DNA of 64,000 nucleotides from Methanothrix sp. (GTDB lineage Archaea; Halobacteriota; Methanosarcinia; Methanotrichales; Methanotrichaceae): NCBI GenBank assembly GCA_963682135.1, contig OY821645.1, positions 1,568,001 to 1,632,000 of the forward strand, read 5' to 3'. Shown piece by piece: positions 59,974 to 64,000 of this stretch (position 1 is its first letter; each line of letters starts with the position of its first letter). The notes under the pieces were generated by a model. It saw only the letters and a program-made list of their open reading frames with translations, ran no database searches and was not told where the DNA came from. The position numbers and the translations under genes were made by a program.

Positions 59974-61218
59974 TCAGAGCACGAATAGGGAGACGAGCCC
60001 CACTACTATCGTTGGCAGGAAGATCAAAGCCATCTTGTTGCCAAACTCTCTTGTCCCCAGCACATAAGCTATGCAGAGCTTGACGAGAGTATTGGTTATA
60101 GCGGCCAGGATGATGGTGGTAACGGCCACGGAGGGAACGACAGTCGACTTAGCCAGAGAGGCCATGGTGAGAGCAATGGCGTCGACATCAGCCAGACCGG
60201 AGACCACGCCAGTAGCATAAATTCCTGCATCGCCGAAGTAGACATTGGCCAACTTGGAGATGACGAGCACAAAGGCGAAGAAAGCCCCAAATTTCAGGGC
60301 CGGCACAATGCGAAATGGATCTTTCACCTTCACATCTCTTCCCAGCGGGGCGTTCTTTCTTACCAGCATAAAGGCCAGCGCTGCGCCCACTAGCGTCATG
60401 AGCAACAGGTAGGGCAGAAGGGCGAAGAAGAGATCTCTGTTTACTAACAGTACTATGAAGAGAATTCTCGGGAACATGGTGCAGCTCGCGATGGCCGTGG
60501 CGAAGACGGCGGAAGGCAAAATCTCGTGGTTCTCTCTAACTTCTGCGGCCATAGATGAGGTGACGGCAGTACTGGAAACCAGGCCGCCCAGGATTCCCGT
60601 AATGCCGAGCCCCCTCTCTGCACCCAGGATGCGAATCGCGATGTAGCCCGCATAGCCTATGAGGCTGACCAGCACCACGAAGAGCCAGATCTGGCGGAGG
60701 TTGAGCACACCCCAGGGGCCCAGAGGCGTCTGTGGCAAGAGCGGGTAGATGACCAGGGCGATTATGCCCATCTTGAGGGTATCGAGCAGATCCGTCTCGC
60801 TCAGCACTTCTACGTAGTGATGAGTAATGGTTCGCGTGGCCAGGACCCAGGTGGTGATAATTGCCAGGGCTACAGCCAGCAGAATGCTATCGGGAAAGCC
60901 GGAGAGCATTCCCAGGGCAAAGGTGACTACTGCCGCCACGGCTGCTGTAAAATCGACTCTGCCCAGAGTGCTGATGGATGACGCATATCCTACGGCCACA
61001 AGGACGGTGAAGGTGGCCATGGACGCAATGGCAAAGCCGGGGCCGAAATGGACGGCCAGGGTGGAACATAGCGATCCCAGCAGGGCAATCAAGACGAAGG
61101 TGCGCAGTCCCGCCACGCCCCGGACCTTATCCTCAACCAGACGGCGCTGGCGCTCTGTGCCGATGAGGGCGCCAATGAGCAGAGCGACGAGAAATGGGTA
61201 GATATCGGCAAAGTCCAT
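59974..61218 (-). CDS. MgtC/SapB-family membrane protein (DUF4010-type)
   Basis: IG.ER, AGLRTF, GGLVSSTA and SGLADVDA motifs. Confidence 0.9.
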   Translation of the reverse strand: MDFADIYPFLVALLIGALIGTERQRRLVEDKVRGVAGLRTFVLIALLGSLCSTLAVHFGPGFAIASMATFTVLVAVGYASSISTLGRVDFTAAVAAVVTFALGMLSGFPDSILLAVALAIITTWVLATRTITHHYVEVLSETDLLDTLKMGIIALVIYPLLPQTPLGPWGVLNLRQIWLFVVLVSLIGYAGYIAIRILGAERGLGITGILGGLVSSTAVTSSMAAEVRENHEILPSAVFATAIASCTMFPRILFIVLLVNRDLFFALLPYLLLMTLVGAALAFMLVRKNAPLGRDVKVKDPFRIVPALKFGAFFAFVLVISKLANVYFGDAGIYATGVVSGLADVDAIALTMASLAKSTVVPSVAVTTIILAAITNTLVKLCIAYVLGTREFGNKMALIFLPTIVVGLVSLFVL

Positions 61219-61352
61219 TGTGCGTTTTTTGTTATTCACTGGTTAATAGCCTTTGCCAGGTCGATAGTGTGGCTAAAGTCATCCTTCGGTTCTTAACCAA
61301 AGTTGGACATCGGCCAAGCTTTTAAAGCGATGCGCATCATTCTCCAGTCAAT

Positions 61353-62015
61353 ATGGACCGGCAAAAAGTTGCGAGCTGCATTTCCCTTCTGGAGGAGCAA
61401 TACGGCATACCCCACGCGGATGAGAGGGACCCAGTGGATCTGCTGGTCATGACCATCCTCTCCCAGAACACCAGCGATACCAACAGCCTGCGGGCCTTTG
61501 CCCACCTGAAAAGCGCTTTTAGCGATTATGAGATGGTCCTCGTCGCCCCGGATGAAGCGCTGGCAGACAGTATTCGAGCCGGGGGCCTGGCAGAGATAAA
61601 GGCGCGGCGCATAAAGGAGGCGCTATTCAGGATTAAGCAGGATGCTGGTACCATCTCTCTCTTCTTCCTGGCAAATATGGAGCCGGACGGGGCCATGGCA
61701 TATCTGCTATCCTTGCCCGGCGTGGGGCCCAAGACAGCGTCCGTGGTTCTCCTCTTCGCCTTTTCCATGCCTTTCCTGCCGGTGGACACGCATGTTTATC
61801 GCGTCTCGCGCCGGTTGGGGCTGCTATGTGAGGATGTCAGGCTGGAGAAGGCGCAGCCTATTTTGGAGCAGATAGTTCCGGTGAAGAAGTATCTTTCTCT
61901 GCATCTGAACTTGATCGCGCACGGCAGGCTCATTTGCCGGGCGCGAGGTCCCAGGCATGAAGAGTGCGTCTTGCGAAATTGTTGTGATTATTATTTGCAG
62001 GGCCAAAAGCCTTAA
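61353..62015 (+). CDS. nth: Endonuclease III-family glycosylase
   Basis: TILSQNT, LPGVGPKTA and VDTHV motifs; C-terminal FeS motif with His in place of one Cys. Confidence 0.9.
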   Translation: MDRQKVASCISLLEEQYGIPHADERDPVDLLVMTILSQNTSDTNSLRAFAHLKSAFSDYEMVLVAPDEALADSIRAGGLAEIKARRIKEALFRIKQDAGTISLFFLANMEPDGAMAYLLSLPGVGPKTASVVLLFAFSMPFLPVDTHVYRVSRRLGLLCEDVRLEKAQPILEQIVPVKKYLSLHLNLIAHGRLICRARGPRHEECVLRNCCDYYLQGQKP

Positions 62016-62043
62016 ATGATAGTAAAAACCACCCCCAATCCGC

Positions 62044-62118
62044 GCTCCTGTAGTGTAGCTCGGCCAATCATGAAGGACTCTCACTCCTTCGACTCGGGTT
62101 CAAATCCCGACGGGAGCA
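62044..62118 (+). tRNA. tRNA-Glu(CTC)
   Basis: Anticodon arm AAGGA-CT-CTC-AC-TCCTT. Confidence 0.96.
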
Positions 62119-62259
62119 TCTGTTTAACAAAGAAATACAAGGATTTTATTTGGGCAATGGAAATTATATTCGGGTCCTTTACTTATAAGCGGGATGACTC
62201 AGAGCAAATATGATTTTAGCACATCAGAATCGCCCTTTTCATAAGAAACGTGAATGAAA

Positions 62260-62649
62260 TCATTGTCCAAGTCGCATCCATAACGATTCCGCCTTGATCA
62301 GCCGGGCCTTCTGCATGGCCTCGGCTAGGCTCATCGTCTTGCAGGACCCCAGGTACACCTTGCGGACCTTTTCTCCTTCCCGCCAGCCTGCTATCCACCG
62401 CCCGTATTTCCTCTCGCCCTTTTTGGTCTGCTTGATAATGCAGTCCTCCCACACGGTGATATCTTCCAGCCTGGCTGCGTCCTCCAGCTCCGTGGCCTGC
62501 TCATGCAGCCTGGCCGCTTCGGCCTGTCTCTCTCCGGCCAGTTGGGCCGCGCCTTCGATGCCTTCCAGCGCCCTTGATTCCCAGGTGAGTTCGCTTGCTC
62601 TCTGTTTCAGTTCCTTTGCTTCCTTTCGGGCCGGGGTGTTGTGGGTCAT
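62260..62649 (-). CDS. Coiled-coil plus integrase-arm-like DNA-binding protein
   Basis: W..GWREG.KVRKVYLG....MSLAEA.QKAR resembles the arm-DNA-binding fold. Confidence 0.65.
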   Translation of the reverse strand: MTHNTPARKEAKELKQRASELTWESRALEGIEGAAQLAGERQAEAARLHEQATELEDAARLEDITVWEDCIIKQTKKGERKYGRWIAGWREGEKVRKVYLGSCKTMSLAEAMQKARLIKAESLWMRLGQ

Positions 62650-62666
62650 GGCATCTCAACGCAGAA

Positions 62667-62715
62667 TAGTAGTGTCACATAGGATAAGCAATTTGCTGTT
62701 AATGTGACATTACTA
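62667..62715. promoter_or_regulatory. 14-bp inverted repeat flanking the promoter of the 62649 gene
   Basis: TAGTAGTGTCACAT (62667-62680) / ATGTGACATTACTA (62702-62715), one mismatch. Confidence 0.7.
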
Positions 62716-62898
62716 AATTAAAGAAAGAGAACGGGCAGGGAAGGATCGATATCCTTAGACAGATTAATGCAGGCAAGCCGGAGGAGACCGCCACGCTCTC
62801 GGCTTCTCCGACATACACTCAGCCTACATGCTTATTCTTTAACTACTTTTCCAGATTCATAAGAAAAGTTGATTAATAACTCGGCTAAAGCACTTCCC

Positions 62899-63690
62899 AT
62901 GTGCAGAGGGCAACAGCGGTATGTTTCAAATGAGCTAACACATTTCGCAGGCGCGGGATCGACTGAAAAGGCTCAATACGATACGCTAGTTAAAATAATA
63001 AAGGAAGGCCGAATCAGTTATAAACCGCATGATAAAGTGGATGATATTCCTGAAGGCCTAAAATACGATCCTGGTTGCGCTTATACATTTAAGGGCCGTT
63101 TCAATGCAAGCAGCAATAACTTGATTTTCCCAGATATGGTCTGCTTTTGCGATATTCCTATCGGTGATCTAGGGATCCATGTCCAGAAATACAGTCCGTT
63201 TGGACTTTCCTTCCTCAAGCCCTTTTTAATCGAGAGGGGCGCAAATCCAGTATTCTATGTAGCCAAGAGTTCAGAGATCCACGGTACAACAAGAGCAGAT
63301 TATTTCGACGAACATGTAAAACTATATTTAAATAATTGCATGAATGCAAATCAGGCATTTCCATCCAGAGAACATTGTCAATCCATAAATGGATTCTTCT
63401 CTCATTTATTGTGTTACCTCAAATTTTTCGATCCTGAAAGGTCAGACGATGATAAAGACAACTTCTACATGGAACGAGAATGGCGAAGCCTCAATAATAT
63501 ACATTTTGAGATAAAAGATATTGAGCGAATAATCATTCCTAAATCATTTGCCCAAATATTTCGGAATGATATTCCTGATTATTTAGGACAGCTTACCTTC
63601 AGCGATGACCATATATCGAAACCTCCTCAACGTAATGCTAAATCCCCAGTTGTGGTATGCACGCCAGATAAGCTTCATTCAGTTCCTTGA
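62899..63690 (+). CDS. AbiGi-family (abortive infection-associated) protein
   Basis: LTHF, MVCFCDIP..L..H...Y..FGL.F, GANPVFY and FY.EREWR motifs; AT-rich. Confidence 0.8.
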   Translation: MCRGQQRYVSNELTHFAGAGSTEKAQYDTLVKIIKEGRISYKPHDKVDDIPEGLKYDPGCAYTFKGRFNASSNNLIFPDMVCFCDIPIGDLGIHVQKYSPFGLSFLKPFLIERGANPVFYVAKSSEIHGTTRADYFDEHVKLYLNNCMNANQAFPSREHCQSINGFFSHLLCYLKFFDPERSDDDKDNFYMEREWRSLNNIHFEIKDIERIIIPKSFAQIFRNDIPDYLGQLTFSDDHISKPPQRNAKSPVVVCTPDKLHSVP

Positions 63691-63738
63691 GGTCAATGTG
63701 GTTATAGATATCTATCGCTTCCTGCTTAGGTCGATAGG

Positions 63739-64000
63739 TTATGAGCGAGTATTTTGCTCCTGCAATCCCTTTTCAATCTCACAGAAAGCGCTAATGACCT
63801 CTTCAGCTAGCTCATTTAATACATATATGCTTGCAATCCCCCAAAGTTTCAGCTTAAAAGTAGATAACATAGCTGCAGTTAATTGATACAAAGATTGGGC
63901 TGTAAGGCATGCAGGATCTGCAAAACCGAAGTCGCTTGGACCCATGAGTACATGCTCCACTCTATGCTCTAGTGGTACTCCCAGTCTAAAATCGAGGCCG
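63739..64000 (-). CDS. C-terminus of a gene entering from beyond the window (possibly DUF5677-like)
   Basis: Frame open to the edge; GPSDFGFADP..TAQSL. Confidence 0.5.
   Translation of the reverse strand, partial: GLDFRLGVPLEHRVEHVLMGPSDFGFADPACLTAQSLYQLTAAMLSTFKLKLWGIASIYVLNELAEEVISAFCEIEKGLQEQNTRS

Noticed and set aside
15444-62015. Numerous antisense and overlapping ORFs in the track (e.g. 17276-18088, 33788-34504, 59032-59673)
   Set aside because: They are shadow frames of well-supported GC-rich genes and carry no recognisable motifs.

Overview
Archaeal methanogen chromosome segment, most consistent with Methanothrix (Methanosaeta): histone, PCNA, priL, gatE, cdc6, rps8e, Elp3, Taw1, S-layer-domain and PGF-CTERM proteins, and an intron-containing tRNA-Trp. 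Positions 15.5-62 kb are mostly core genes, with five tRNAs, an intact IS481 and a nifI1-like P-II remnant. Positions 1-15.5 kb are an accessory region that reads as a polarised tandem array of about three units. Each unit ends in a moeA 5' segment (6241, 13444, intact gene at 15547). Units 2 and 3 start with a chorismate synthase (aroC) 3' fragment, then a PemK/MazF toxin module and a conserved ~215-nt highly structured element with a predicted pseudoknot. Cargo differs between units (TPR/secreted proteins, Cache, AzlCD, NERD), and unit 1 carries an IS1634 nested in an IS481. A probable genomic island with an AbiGi-like gene starts after tRNA-Glu at 62.1 kb. All calls come from manual reading and motif recognition; no database searches or folding programs were run.
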